Source: Bilabrum cf. latius
Taxonomy: Eukaryota
NCBI GenBank assembly: GCA_965178125.1
Contig: OZ237762.1
Location: 744,001-808,000 of the forward strand
Direction: 5' to 3'
DNA: 64,000 nt
The position numbers were made by a program, and so were the translations under genes. How positions within the stretch are numbered: the stretch's first letter is position 1; each line of letters begins with the position of its first letter. Shown here piece after piece: positions 1 to 12,756 of this stretch. The notes below the pieces were generated by a model. It did not search any database. It had not been told where the DNA came from and saw nothing but the letters and a program-made list of their open reading frames with translations.

Positions 1-3000
1 TTGGGGTAGCGCTCGCATCATCTTCTACTCGGTTGGCAAGGAGGACTTGCTCTTGCAAGGCCTCCCTCTCCACCTGGCTCGGCATCCTCCATCGCAGCAT
101 GAAACACGATCGACCCACCTGCTCAGACACGTCCTGCACCGAGCCAAGCACCAGGTCGGTCTTGTCAGCCGCATTCTGCACCGGGATGAGCGCCGTCTCG
201 CAAACACGTATAAGTGGCTTGGGCCTCAAGTTCCGTGGAAGCTTCGGCATGCGCACCTACTGCCGTGTACTATCATCGTCCTGCTCGCTTGTCCACTGAA
301 TGCCGCGCTACGTTCCGAGCTCCTTGGCCTGGCCACCAGTAGGTGTCGTGCGAGACTTGTCGACGTTTTCCATCCAGGATCCTTTCCTTCCAATGGTAGA
401 TTCTCTCAACAAGGCTGGCATCTCATCGCTACCGTCACGCCTCTTCCCCCCGCCCGGCCGGAGGGCCCGAATCCGTTTCACGAGCTCGACGCAATGCCTC
501 ACTGACACTGATTCTTGCATTCCAGAAGTTACTTCAACATTCAGAATACCCTCGAGGATGGGGGCATCCCATCGACCCGCACGAACACCAGCAGAGTAGG
601 CAGTGGGGAAAAATCTAGTCACTGGCAGCGGCTCCCGCTGCAGCTGCTCGCTGTCCGTCCCCAGAAGCAGCATCGACCGAGCGCTCGCTGACAGCACCTT
701 GTACCCCTGGTCCCGACCTGAGAAAAAAATCACGTGCTCGTCACAACGAAGCACATCGATGCCCACAGACAATCGAGGCGCAGACGTGGCCTCATCGGGC
801 GTCGACTCGAGCAGAGAAATGATCACGGGCAATGCAGAACCAGACGATGGAAGCACGAACGACACCTCCGTCTGGTTCAGAGCATCCGAGAAGCCGCAAC
901 GCTGCAGCCGATGCAGTCGCTGGTTGTAGATGCCCCGCACAGGCTCAGGCAGCAGCGTCTGAAACGACAGGCCCGTGATCTGGCTCGTGTTGGCGAAACC
1001 AAACACACGGCACGTCGACGGCGAGGCCGACAGGATCTCGCCCACGCTCCCATCAGCCACGCTCAGCGTCAGGTTGGCGGCGTTGTCGTCCAGCAGGTCC
1101 ACCTGAGGAGCCTCCGACCCTAGCACCACATGCCGCACCGCCTTGGCCCGCTGCCGCGTGTGTCTCTCCTCCAGCCGGTCCGCCTTGTTGAACAGCTCCA
1201 TGGCCGTCAGCGGGTCGTTCATCAGCTCCACCAGGAACTCTGCATACCCACGCGCCACCAGCGCGCCTTGATTCAGACGCAGCATGGTCCGGTACAGCTC
1301 GTCCGTCTTCTGCAGGTCAGTCTCGATCTCCTACCCCACCCCCACCACCGTGGCCAGCTCCAGCTTGTGCCCAGCCAGATGGTCCCACAGCTTGAGGATG
1401 CTGCGCATGGCCGCCACCTTGCTCTCCTGCGCCTGCCGCGACAGCGACTCGAAGATCACGCGGTCCAGTGCCGACAGCTTGCTCGAGTCCGCGCCTTCCC
1501 GCAGCTCCCGAGTGCGCCCGTACACGTACGCCTCCAGGTCCAGAGACGGAGACCGCAGCCGGGCCTGGGCCAGAGCCTGCGCCTCGGCGAAGTTGTTCTC
1601 GAAGCAGAACTGGTGGTAGAACTCCGCCGCCAGCACGTGCGCCATGGCCGTCTGTCCGAAGTGAGCCGTCATCTGCCGGTAGGCCCGCTCTGCCGTGTAC
1701 AGCCTGTGCTCGTCCTCCCTGTGCCTGCGGGTGGCGTACTTCATGTTGGCCAGCCTCCATCCGAAGAATGTGGACTGGTCGATGCTGGCGATGTCCTCCT
1801 CGGGCGACAGCAGGCTTTGCATCACATCGTCCTCATGCCCGTCCTCCCCATCGGCCCCGGCCTGCTTGGAGAAGTGCTTCGTCTGAGCGTCGAGCCGAGC
1901 CATGCTGCCCGCATCGGTGCGCACGGTAGGCGCGTATGCCACGGTACCGGCCCCGTCCAGCATGCCCCCGTACTTGCCGCCATCCTGCACAGACCCGCGG
2001 GCGGGGCCGGGATCCGAGGACTTGCCGCCGGAGCTGCCTCCCGCCACAGATGCTGCTCCTCCCCCTCCACCTGCGGTTGGCAGCTCCTGCAGATACTCAG
2101 CCGCGTCTGCTTGCCGATCTCCGCCCCGCATGCTGCCCATGGTGGCGTTGTCCGCTGTGCGCCCATACTCCGCGTCCTCATCATCGTTCCCAGCGTCCCG
2201 CCCGATGCGGCCCCCGTACCTCGGCCTGCGGCGGATCGGCACGGTGTGCTGCCCCTTGCGGGACTGCTCCACAGACGACCCCCGCGACTCCACCACGCGC
2301 GAGTACTCCTGCATGCGGTGCCGCGCCCACACGTCCAGGTGCACCAGGCTCTCGCACGCCTCCAGGGGAAGAGCAGCGATGAACTGCTCGTGCATGTAGC
2401 ACGCCAAGAAGCCACCGCAGTACGCCAGCACAGACCCAAGGTACAGCAGCAGTGACTGGTCCCCGGTGTCCGTGTAGCGGGCCAGCGCCAGCACCAGCGT
2501 ACTCCACAGGAACACGCATGCGAAGCCAGCCTGCATCGCATTCATTCCCGGGTGCACGAACGGCAGGTACCGCACGGCCATCCCCAGCCAGGCGGCCCCG
2601 GCGAGGAGCAGCAGGACGACGAGGACCCACGAGTCGAGGACGAAGTCCCTGAAGACGCTGTAGCAGAGCACGAGGGCGACCTTGATGAGGAGCATGGCGG
2701 CGTCCATCTGGCCGTGGCTCTTGGCGCCCCACGACTTGCTCGCGGGGTTGCGATCAACTCGAACAGCGACGAAAAAGGTGAGCAGCGCGTGGTACAGGAC
2801 GAACACGAGCGCCATTCCAACTCGAACAGCAACTACAGCTGGATCCGTGCATTGCATGTTAGTTTGTAACCACTCTGCTGGTTGAGCTGCTGTTTCATGG
2901 TTTGAGCAATGAATCGCGTACGCTGAAATTGTCGCGATCGGCAGCATGAGTACGGACACGGCCAGGCGACCAAGCTGTCGGGCCAACAGAGAAGTTATCT

Positions 3001-3520
3001 CCTGTATTGAGCTGGAAGATCCTCTACTCAGAGCTGCGTTACCATAAAACTAGCAAGAATGATACAATGTTGGTGTATTGATGGTGAGCGCAAAACCAAA
3101 TGGAAATTCCGCTTCGGCCTTACCGGAAGAAAAGCATGCAGCCAATAAGATTAGCATCCATGCAATCGAAATTGGAAGCAATACATAGTATGCTGCGATA
3201 GCAGAGCTGTTGGTGAAGTAGCCCCCAGAAATAAAACTGAGGACAGTCCCCGCCCAATGCGTCGACGTTGCGTCCCACTCGGACCCAGAGTAGTAGGGTA
3301 CTGCAAATGAAAGCATTTGCAGGCTCTGAAGTATATACATGAGAATAAATTCAAACTTGACGACTTTCGTGTCCTTCGCAAGCTCAAACGCAAATTTTCG
3401 CAGAGCAAGATGCGAAGACTGCATCCAGCCTACGGACCCAAGGTTCGAGTCTTCGAGGTTCACGGGCAACGGGAAGCCACTTCGCGCCCCAACGGCTTGA
3501 AACTGTTCATGCACACCCAT
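1..3520 (-). CDS. TmcB/TmcC-like multi-TM + TPR-like + PAS-domain membrane protein, paralog A (runs off the left edge)
   Basis: ORFs 3050..3520, 1331..2986 and 308..1285 join in one frame when TAG is read through, with a phase-1 intron at about 3034-3123 (G|GTAAG...AACGCAG|). Hydrophobic N-terminal helices, helical YAEFLVELMND segment, PAS-like GEILSASPSTCRVFGF...LLPEPVR. Near-identical to paralog D. Confidence 0.75.
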
Positions 3521-3574
3521 AAATAAACCCGCCGTGTCTAGAGGGCGGTATTCTGTAGAGCCACGTCTCCTTAA

Positions 3575-4358
3575 GAGAGAGAATATAATATGTCTGAGTC
3601 AAAGCACAATCCTTAAGAGAGAGAGAGAGAGAAAATAGAGTTTTCGCACGCAATTCAATACCAGAGACAATCCGAGGACTGCCACCAAAGTAACGCGCAC
3701 CTTAACAGGGGACCCAGCTGTACCCGCGTTGGCGGAGCCAGTCAGGACCTGAAAAGGCCTCTGAAGAAATAGTTGGTCTGGTTAAGACCGATACATGCCT
3801 AGGACCCGTGTCCTAAGCGCATCGCGTTGAGATCTCCTGGGAGTCAGACCCAGTCGAACGTCCGCAGTGAGGGAGCATGCGCGAGGAAGGCCTGGCGAGG
3901 CGTGAGGCGTTCAGCCTCTCGCCACCAGACCGCCACATAGTCCGCCTCTAGGACTTGTTGCCTGCTCCAGATCCGGGAGCGTGCTAGCCTTGCCGTTCCC
4001 TTCGCCCAGATGCGTTCTAGCACCTGAAGCTCCTTGCTGAGGGCGCAACGGCCCAGCGTTCCTGTCATCCACTCTCCGATGAACTAGTTCTCGGAGGGAT
4101 TCAGTATGTGTCCGAGCGGGTGGGCTCGGATTGCAAGGTCTCGGGCTGTTGGGCTGCCCGAGCTGAGTTGTTCAGCTACGCACAGTTGGCAGGACTACAA
4201 CCCCTCGATGGCTCGTCCGAAGCTCTCATTGGCCCTCTGCTACAAGCGTCGGATTGCACGTCGGCACCGTTCTTGGAGTTGTTCGAGGGTGCCTTGGACG
4301 ATAGAGAGCTCCAAGGAGTCTGCGTCCCCTCGGTGTTCCTGTGTCAGCACCTGCTCCG
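3575..4358 (-). mobile_element. 5'-truncated retroposon-like insertion with (TC)n 3' tail
   Basis: Absent from the duplicated empty site at about 31661 (ccttaa^acgatc). Flanked by TTAA on both sides. The minus strand is one open frame with in-frame TAGs ending at TGA 3844, followed by a UTR and TC repeats. No diagnostic domain recognised. Confidence 0.55.
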
Positions 4359-4384
4359 TTTAAACGATCTTGAAATAACCGGAA

Positions 4385-7002
4385 CTAGACATGGCCTTAG
4401 GCCCCTTCCCCCGTCTGTCTTATAGGGGGGAAGGGGCCGGGAGCAGGCCGCGTCTCGTCCCGAAGCGAGGGAAGCCCAGTGCGGGCGTGACTCGCAGGGT
4501 GGTCGCGCAGCTGGTCGCAAGCTGGTCCTGTGGGTGGCCTGGGGGGAGCCGGATGAATGGCCTTGCCGGCTGCTGCCCTACGATATTCCGTGCAGACATT
4601 GTTGCATTAAACATAATATGCAATCTATAGCCATGGCGTTTGAACGTGTGCGCGCAGGGTTGCCGGGGTCGCTCACCGTCACGGGTTGTCACTGCCACGG
4701 CATCGTCGTACCCAGTGTTGTACACACGAACGCACCAAAGTTGCGAGCCAGCAAGTTTAGTTTAACTTGATATTTACATGACTTGTTGGTATTGTGGTGT
4801 AAGTCACAGCTCTTGTGAGCATCGCCACGTATCGCAGTCGTGTACAGAGAATCGCCACGTCACGTACCCAGTGTTGTACACACGACCACTAAAGCTGCGA
4901 GCTGAAGTTATGCAGCAAGTTTAGTTTAACTCGATATTGACTCGACTTGTTGGTATTGTGGTGTTAGTCACAGATCTTCTGAGCATCGCCACGTATCCCA
5001 GTCGTGTGCAGGAAGTCGCCACGTCACGGTGGCGTTGCCGAGCGGCGAAGATGAATTCCTGAAACACGCATTCACCTTTCAGCGATGCATGCACCTCGAG
5101 CAACCGACTGCCACACGCAGTGTTGGAACGCAGCAGTCGCGCATCGTGGAGCCAATATCTGTCCCAATGCAATGGCGCTGGTGCGGGCGCCGTCTGGCCG
5201 CCCTTCGAGCAGCGAGGTCCAGATTTCGGATGGTCGGGCCGCTCAGGAAGATGAGTGGAAATCGGTTTCGGGCTCGGCCGTCGGGGCAAATTTCCGGTGC
5301 ATTGCCAGCTTCGGAGCTCATCGGAGCGCGGCGCGTAGGTTACTTCAGGTCTCAATCTAGCGATCCGGCGGGGCGGCGGGGCGGGTTAGCGTGGTCGAGC
5401 GGAGCGATTCGAGAAGACGACGGAAATGTTTGACGCACTGCCCGCCCAGCGCCTGCCGTTGCCGCTAGGTGTGTTGCAATGTTTGAGTGTGTGCGCACCT
5501 TTCTACCAGAGGAATTTTCGAGTTAGGTCCTCGTTCGCGAGCAAGGTCCCCGGACGTCCGATTTCGGCTTGCTGCCGACGGAATTCTCGAGGTTTTTCGC
5601 CCCGGCATGCGATTTCCCAGCGGTGAGCGTGAAGCCGACTGGCATATAAAGTTGCGGGTGCGTGATAGCAAATGCTTGGTTGGGGTCCGATGCCGGGTCC
5701 GGCGGGCGTGCGGGGCGCTAGGTCCAATTGCCAAGGTAGGGTGGGAGCGAGCCTATATATAATATCCTTAACTAGACATGACCTTAGGCCCCTTCCCCCG
5801 TCTGTCTTATAGGGGGGAAGGGGCCGGGAGCAGGCCGCGCCTCGTCCCGAAGCGAGGGAAGCCCAGCGCGGGCGTGACTCGCAGCGTGGTCGCGCAGCTG
5901 GTCGCAAGCTGGTCCGGTGGGAGGCCTGGGGGGAGCCGGATGAATGGCCTTGCCGGCCGCTGCCTTACGATATTTCGTGCAGGCATTGTTGCATTAAACA
6001 TAATATGCAATCTATAGCCATGGCGTTTGAACGTGTGCGCGCAGGGTTGTCGGGGTCGCTCACCGTCACGGGTTGTCACTGCCACAGCACCGTCGTACCC
6101 AGTGTTGTACACTCGACCACTAAAGCTGCGAGCTGAAGTTATGCAGCAAGATTAGTTTAACTTGATCTTTACACGACTTGTTGGTATTGTGGTGTAAGTC
6201 ACAGCTCTTGTGAGCATCGCCACGTATCCCAGTCGTGTCCAGGAAATCGCCACGTCACGGTGGCGTTGCCGAGCGGCGAAGATGAATTCCTGAAACACAC
6301 TCTCGCCTTGCAGCGATGCATGCACCTCGAGCAACCGACTGCCACACACAGTGTTGGAACGCAGCAGTCGTGCATCTTGGAGCCAATATCTGTCCCAATG
6401 CAATGGTGCTGGTGCGGGCGCCGTCTGATCTCTATGCGAGCAGCGAGGTCCAGATTTCGGATGGTCGGGCCGCTCAGGAAGATGAGTGGAAATCGGTTTC
6501 GGGCTCGGCCGTCGGGGCAAATTTCCGGTGCATTGCCAGCGTCGGAGCGCGTCGGAGTACGGCGCCTAAGTAACTTCAGGTCTCAATCTAGCGATCCGGC
6601 GGGGCGGCGGGGCGGGTTGGCGAGGCATGTTGCAGCTTTTGGCGAAAATGACGATCCTGTTTGCCGGGTTACGGGCCGGGCGCTTCGAGTTGCCGCTGGG
6701 TGCGTTGCAATGTTTGAGTGTGTGCGCACCTTTCTACCTGATGAATTTTCGAGTTAGGTCCTCGTTCGCGAGCAAGGTCCCCGGACGTCCGATTTCGGCT
6801 TGCTGCCGACGGAATTCTCGAGGTTTTTCGCCCCGGCATGCGCTTTCCCAGCGGTGAGCGTGAAGCCGACTGGCACGAAAAGTTGCGGATGCGTGATTGC
6901 AAATGCTTGGTGGGGGTCCGATGCCGGGTCCGACTCGCGTGCGGGGCGCGAAATCCAATTGTCAAGGCACTGCGGGAGCGAGCCTATATATAATATCCTT
7001 AA
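4385..7002 (-). mobile_element. Head-to-tail dimer of a non-autonomous Helitron-like element (units 4385-5771 and 5772-7002)
   Basis: Each unit ends on the minus strand in CTAG, 11 nt after a GC-rich hairpin (ggccccttccccc 4400-4412 / gggggaaggggcc 4426-4438). Inserted between A and T with no TSD relative to the empty site accggaa^tctggaag at about 31687. Confidence 0.8.
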
Positions 7003-7507
7003 TCTGGAAGAACATTGTGTAGCTGCACAAAAGGCTGGCCTTTGGGGGGTACCAGAATACAGGTCGAGCTTTTGGCAAGGTCGCCAAGTACAGATATGAA
7101 TTATGCCACGTTTGAATTGACTTGCTTTAGGTCAAAATCCCAAACACTAGCGATAGGGCGCAAGATGCGTTCCGGAGAATCTTTATGCCATGTAAACGAG
7201 ATAATTGTCACTGTGTTGCCAGTTATATGCTGTTTATTTTATGCTGTAAGGAAGTCCCGTACACTTTAATTATTGATGGGCCCCATGGTGGAAAATGCCA
7301 GGCCACCACAACCTCATCCCGCCTTGCAGTCCAAGATTGTTCATATTCCTACTAGTAGGACAATGCTGCTGTCCAGGAGACTAGATGTATTACTGGTTAC
7401 TCAGCATCCAAGCTTAGATGTATCAACTGAAGAAACATGCATGGCTTTGGCGAAATAATGCGACCAAACTTGTGGCGAGCCAGTCGCAACATGTCTCCAA
7501 TGAGACG

Positions 7508-7579
7508 GCGCGACCAGGCAGGGAAGCGCGTCCAGGCAGGGAAGCGCGTCCAGGCAGGGAAGCGCGTCCAGGCAGGGAA
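7508..7579. repeat. 18-bp minisatellite GCGCGTCCAGGCAGGGAA x4
   Basis: Read directly. The duplicated region has only 2 copies (about 32195-32230). Confidence 0.9.
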
Positions 7580-7719
7580 GGCTTAGAATCCATGTTTCTC
7601 CTTCGATATGAGTAGAGTTCAGAATGGTAAAGTACCCAATTGGACCGCCCAGCAGGAGCCACCAAAACCATAGGAGATTGATCGTCACCAAGCTGTTATA
7701 TTTACTCGGGCATCGTTTG

Positions 7720-9035
7720 TAAGGCCAGCAAGGTCTCTGAAATTGAGGTCGTGCGGTTGGCGCAGGACCCGATCGAGGTGCAGGAGCAGATGCGACGTAG
7801 CGATGCGGAGGAGAGAATATTATAGCACACACTACCCAACTACAACGACCACCCCAAGAGGCAATCGCACTGGGCAGGTCGAACGGATCAGCAAGCTCAC
7901 GACATGGGCTCCGCAAGCTGGGCCGCTCCTCCGTGGGGGAGTTGCGCTGCTTGCGGTCCATCTGCGTTCGCGATGCCTTCGTGTTCGATTGCGTTCGGAT
8001 CAGCCGCCTCGTCCGGTGCTGCACCCTCAGCTCCTACTGCAGCTGCAGCAGGTACTGCGGGCACAGCTTGCGCTCCAGCTGCATCCAAACCCTACGCACC
8101 ACCAGCTCCACCAGCCTGCTGTAGTGCCACTCCTAGCTGCGCAACTCCCGCTGCCAGCTCTCCCACCTGACCACCAGCTCCTGCTGCGGCCGCTCCCTGT
8201 GCGCCGGTTGCCTCCCTCTGCTTCAGCAGCTCACAAGCGTTAAGGTTAAATTTGCTCGTGAAAGCTGCGTTCCGCATGGCGGCCAACCTGGCGATATCCC
8301 GAGCCCAGAACCTGACCTGGGCATCCACTGACTTGCTCCCATTCTTCCCGAGCCGCTTACGCCTGATGCGTGCTAGCAGCTTGAGGACCCCTCTCGCTCC
8401 ATCTCCGATCCTGCCTGAAGGCTGGATCACAAAATCCCGAAAGATCACCGTTTTGGGATTTTTCAGCGTCTTCACTGGGTTCCCCGTCGCCCCCGTGGGG
8501 ATACGACCAGCCATCCTCCGGTGCGGAGGCACCTCCAGATGAACCTCCCTGTGCTTCCTGAATGCTCCCCTGACCCAGGCAAACGCGCGGAGGAGAGAGA
8601 GAGAAATATAGGCTAGTGATGCAGAATAGGAACGGCGGCGACGCGGGGTGGGCGACGGATGGGAGGGGGGTGGTGAGGGTGGAGCAGAGGGAGAGGGCGA
8701 GGGATGGGGGGGTCGGGGTGGAGGCAGTGCTGAGAGAGAGGGCGAGGGATGAGCGGGGGGACAAAGCAGAGAGGAGGCGGCGGCGGTTCACCAAGTGGGG
8801 AGGAAGTAGTGGAGGAGAAGATGAGTGGTGGGGTCATCGGGTTGATACGGCGGATTGGAAGGGGGAGGCACAGGCCGGGCAGGTGGTGGTTTGGGCATTT
8901 GTGTGACGAGTGACTCGGATCAGGGGGATCGGATCACCCAACCACATGCGGACGTGGAAGTAGGGAAGTCAACATTCGACTTGAGCGGTAATCGAGCCGC
9001 GTTCTATTCGGGCGCTGAGGGGCAGCGCCTTTTGT
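7720..9035 (+). repeat. Copy of dispersed purine-rich 'A' repeat, split by a retrotransposon fragment
   Basis: Matches 41637-42313 and 32347-32870, and is interrupted at 7817-8586. Confidence 0.8.
7817..8586 (-). mobile_element. 5'-truncated RLE-type non-LTR retrotransposon 3' end
   Basis: 12-bp TSD GCGGAGGAGAGA (7805-7816, 8587-8598). Encodes RDFVIQPSGRIG...KSVDAQVRFWAR, homologous to RDFVVLHTGKLG...KSVDAQVRTWAR at 23950-24090. ORFs 8092..8532 and 7897..8088 join through a TAG and end at TGA. Confidence 0.8.
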
Positions 9036-9781
9036 GTTTAAGCGACGGGGAGCAGAGATGAGCCGGGAGACGAGGCGGGCGCAGGCGGACAGGAGGTGGA
9101 GAGGAACAATAGGGAGACACCGGCACAGGGCGACGATAGTGCGGTGTCAACAGGGGGAACACAACGGGAGGAAGGGGGCTCCAGGTGCAAGGCACAAGAG
9201 AGACGTGAGTGGCAGCGGGCTGCTTGGCCAGCAGCGCGCAGAGGGCTAACAGGCGGGTGGATAGGCGGGGTACACGGCAGGTCGGCCAGCGCGTGCAAGC
9301 TGAGAGGATAGGGTGAAGGCGGCGATGTAGGGAGCAAAGCACACGGTCCCTAGGGCGGGGAACAGGAACAGGAAGCCATGTGGCGACGAGGCCAGTTGAC
9401 ATGCATTGTGAAAGCGGTGTATAAATTCGTAGTATCAGAGGAATACCGCATGCAGGTGGGCTGATGAAGAGCCAGTCGTTCGGGGTGAGGCCCAGTGGGT
9501 CCGCGGGACCGGGGGAGAGGAATTTTTCCTTTTGGTAACTGCCAACCAGTGGGGATTGCAGCAGCCGTGAAGATGAGCCAATGGGTGTGGCCGGAGGAAG
9601 AAATCTGATCTGTAGTCTAGGGTCAAGAGAAGTTGCTGCGGATCAGAGGAGCCGGTTCGAACGTTGAATTGATGAAGATATAAAGTAACTGCGCCGTCGG
9701 CTGCGTCGAGACGAACAAAACCATAGCAAACAATACCGACAGCGCAAACAAGTGTATGGGTTGATTTATACCACCACACGT

Positions 9782-10556
9782 ATGGCTGCGTACGGAGCAG
9801 GAGACAGCAATGATGTATATACTGAGGCCAATCGCTCCCCGCTACACTTCGGATTGCTGGGGTTGAACACTCTTGTGCATCGATTGGCCCCATCATATTT
9901 TCGCCATTCCGGGATCGCTGTATTTTAGTTAATACTTGAAGGAATTTAGCTCGCGGCATTCCCTTTCGCTGCGATTCCAGTCGAATGGAGAGCGGCACGC
10001 AGCTTGCTCGTCATTTCCGTACTCTCTGGACCGATAGCCGAATACGATGGCTATTCCAGTACAACAATCGCTTTAGCTATCGTCTCCATAGTATTTGGTT
10101 GCATTTTTATATCTGCAGCATGCTTGATTGGTGAGATGGCATGCCGTGAGTACGAGATGAGCAGCTATTCACATGCTTGCAGCGGTATTACCTGTATTTT
10201 GAGTTTCTGTCTTTGCAGCATGTTTTATGTTCAGCATCTCCTAAAACGGGATACATGGAGCTTCTGCTGCCAGCCGTCAGGGTTGCAAGCCTCCTGGCTG
10301 TGACAATTGCGGTGCACCAGTGGTACCAGTGGCGAGCTTGATGAGCGCGACAATTTCCTGTTCAGGGACCCAGACAAGGTCATGGCTGTCCACAGGTGCT
10401 CCGTGCAAAACTGCAGCGGTTGTATTAGCAAGAATACTTGCCGCTCTGCTCCTGCTGGTGTACAACGGCCTGCTCGTCTTCGTGGCCGCTACCTACGTCG
10501 ACCGCAACCCCGCGAGCAAGTCGTGGAGCGCCAAGAGCCACGGCCAGATGGATGCT
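9782..10556 (+). pseudogene. 3'-truncated TmcB/C-like paralog B
   Basis: Homologous to the 5' end of paralog F (33762-34510). Homology stops abruptly after SHGQMDA. Confidence 0.7.
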
Positions 10557-10794
10557 TTCGCGGGGTTCTACTTGCCCCGAGAGGAGCATAGCCATTGTGT
10601 TCGCACCACGGGATACACCCCAATCCGCCGGAATCGCAACCCAAGGGAAGGACAAGAGTTGTAATCCTTCCGTTATCGACTGGATGATAGCAAACCACCA
10701 AATACAATGCTACGTGGCATTTAAGCGAAGCGCAATAGTGCTCAATGCAGCAGCCATGGCACGAATCGGCGATCGGTTGGCCTCGGAGTCTTCG

Positions 10795-11284
10795 TTGGTG
10801 AGGCCAGCAAGGTCTCTGAGATTGAGGTCGCGCGGTGGGCGCAGGACCCGCTCGAGGTGCAGGAGCAGATGCGACGTAGCGATGCGGAGGAGTAAGAGAG
10901 AGAGAAAGCGGCTAGGGATGCAGACCAGGAGCGGCGGCGACTCGGGGTGGGCGACGGATGGAAAGGGGGGGTGGTGTGGGTGGAGCAGAGAGAGAGGGCG
11001 AGGGATGGGGGAGGGGGGCGGAGCAGAGAGAGAAGGCGATAGATGGGCGGGGGGTGCAAAGCAGGGAGGAGGGGGGGGGGCGGCTGTTCACCAAGTGGGG
11101 AGGAAGTAGTGGAGGAGAAGATGAGTGGTGGGGTCATCGGGTTGATACGGCGGATAGAAAGGGGGGAGGCACAGGCCGGGCAGGTGGGGGTTTGGGCATG
11201 TGGGGGACGGGTGACTCGGATCAGGGGGGATCGGATCACCCGACCACATGCGGATGTGGAAGTTGAGAGGTCACAATTAGACAT
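10795..11284 (+). repeat. Partial copy of dispersed 'A' repeat
   Basis: Starts gttggtgaggccagcaaggtctctgag and matches 41637 onward up to gaggtcacaattagac. Confidence 0.85.
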
Positions 11285-11677
11285 CACCTGTTGCGCGCAT
11301 GTCGCGAATTTCAGATCTTTTCGGAATATGTAAGTTGGCCAGGACCTGCAAGGTTGTATTGTTGAAGAATGCTCCGATTGTGATTTCGCGTCACCACCAA
11401 CCGCCAGTGGTCGCAAGTTGCCGCATGCAACCACCGTGAAGACGAGGGTGGCACAGATTTCAGATTTCACTGACAGGCTGCCAGTGATGATGAAGCTCTG
11501 CTCTTGTTGTTGCGTGCGTTAATTGACATGTCGATCGGATGCTTGCTTTGGTGCGGCTGAATTGTGTTTATTGTAGCAGTAATCTACCAACCGCATTCAT
11601 TGAAATCCGGAATCCGGATAGCGCTCTTGACGTGCCCGGTATTTCCAGCAGTCGGTCAAAACCAGGATCCCTGTCGA

Positions 11678-12480
11678 TGAGGCCAATAAGGTCTCTGAGA
11701 TTGAGATCGCGCGTTGGGCGCAGTACGCTCTCGAGGTGCAGGCTCAGATGCGACGTAGCGATGCGGAGGAGAGAGAGCGCGGTTGAGGCCAGGTCAGTGA
11801 GGTACGAGCAGGAACGGCGGCTAGGGGTGGGCGAGGGGGGCGGGGGGCGGTGAGGGCGGAATAGAGAGGGGTGCCGGTTCATCAAGCGGGTGAGGGAGTA
11901 GTGGAAGAGGAGATGATTGGTGGGGTTATCGGGTTGATACGGCGGATTGAAGGGGAAGGCACAGGCCGGGCAGGTGGAGGTGCGGGTGTTGGTATTAAGG
12001 AGACAGAGTCTGATTCGTTGTTGACGTCAAATGAGATGATAAGCGTCTGTGCGATGAGGATGGCTCTGCGAAGAAGGAGAACGCCGCAACACCTTGTCCG
12101 TAGGTGGGAAGAGGAATTGTAGCGTTAGACATCGTAATCTGATTAACGGAAGAGGCAGGCCACGAAGAGTGGAGGTTGGCATTTCTCCAGTCAATCGCCT
12201 CCATTCGGGGTGGAAGAGCTCAGGACTGACAGATCGTCTTGAATTCTTTTCCCACCCGCCCGGGCCCGGAGAATTCGTTGTGTGTCTCCGCTGGTGGACA
12301 AATCCATCGGTGGATTCAGGCACATGGCGACGGCTCTGTGTTCGATGACGAGTGACCCGAATTAGGGATCGGATCACCCGACCACATGCGGATGAGGAAG
12401 TTGGAAGTCGAAATTAGACTTGAGTGGCACTCGAGCCGCGTGCTATTCGGGCTCTGAGGGGCAGCGCTCGTCAATTTTTG
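11678..12480 (+). repeat. Diverged 'A' repeat copy in two pieces (about 11678-11990 and about 12345-12480)
   Basis: Recognisable 5' part (gaggccaataaggtctctgagattgagatcgcgcg) and 3' hairpin part (gagccgcgtgctattcgggctctgaggggcagcgctcg), separated by unrelated sequence. Confidence 0.65.
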
Positions 12481-12501
12481 GGATTTAGCTTGTACAGAGT
12501 G

Positions 12502-12650
12502 TCTGCATGCAACGGTGATTTCCCTACCTTGCGGTCTCGCAGCTCGCCTTCCGAATGCATGACTCCAAAGAGACGCGAAAAGGAAGCAACATGTGATTAG
12601 ATCTTTCGTCCAATCTGAAGCAGCAATAGCAACCTTAACTCACTTTTACG
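12502..12650 (-). pseudogene. Relic start and promoter of a further paralog-C-type gene
   Basis: Homologous to 19040-19185, which covers the ATG region and upstream sequence of paralog C. Confidence 0.65.
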
Positions 12651-12756
12651 TCGTCACACTGCACCGTTGATGATTGGTAAGCAGGCGGCTCACGGCGCGG
12701 CGCAAGTGTGGTTCCGCAACAAAAATAAACTCTCCTGGGAGCAAACGCATTCGAAA

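Noticed and set aside
1130-2455. Long antisense ORFs over the Tmc-like genes (also 17485-18468, 29925-30959, 35439-36476)
   Set aside because: Shadow ORFs caused by high-GC codon bias on the opposite strand.
7508-7579. Short repeats as a CRISPR array
   Set aside because: Contiguous tandem units with no spacers, in a eukaryotic context.
9408-9450. Short resemblance to SSU rRNA (agcggtg..aaattcgtag..gaggaataccg)
   Set aside because: Only about 35 nt with gaps and no flanking rRNA similarity, so probably chance.
9459-9500. CTGATGA as a possible hammerhead ribozyme core
   Set aside because: No properly placed GAAA or stems, and the duplicate at 33281 reads CTGGTGA.
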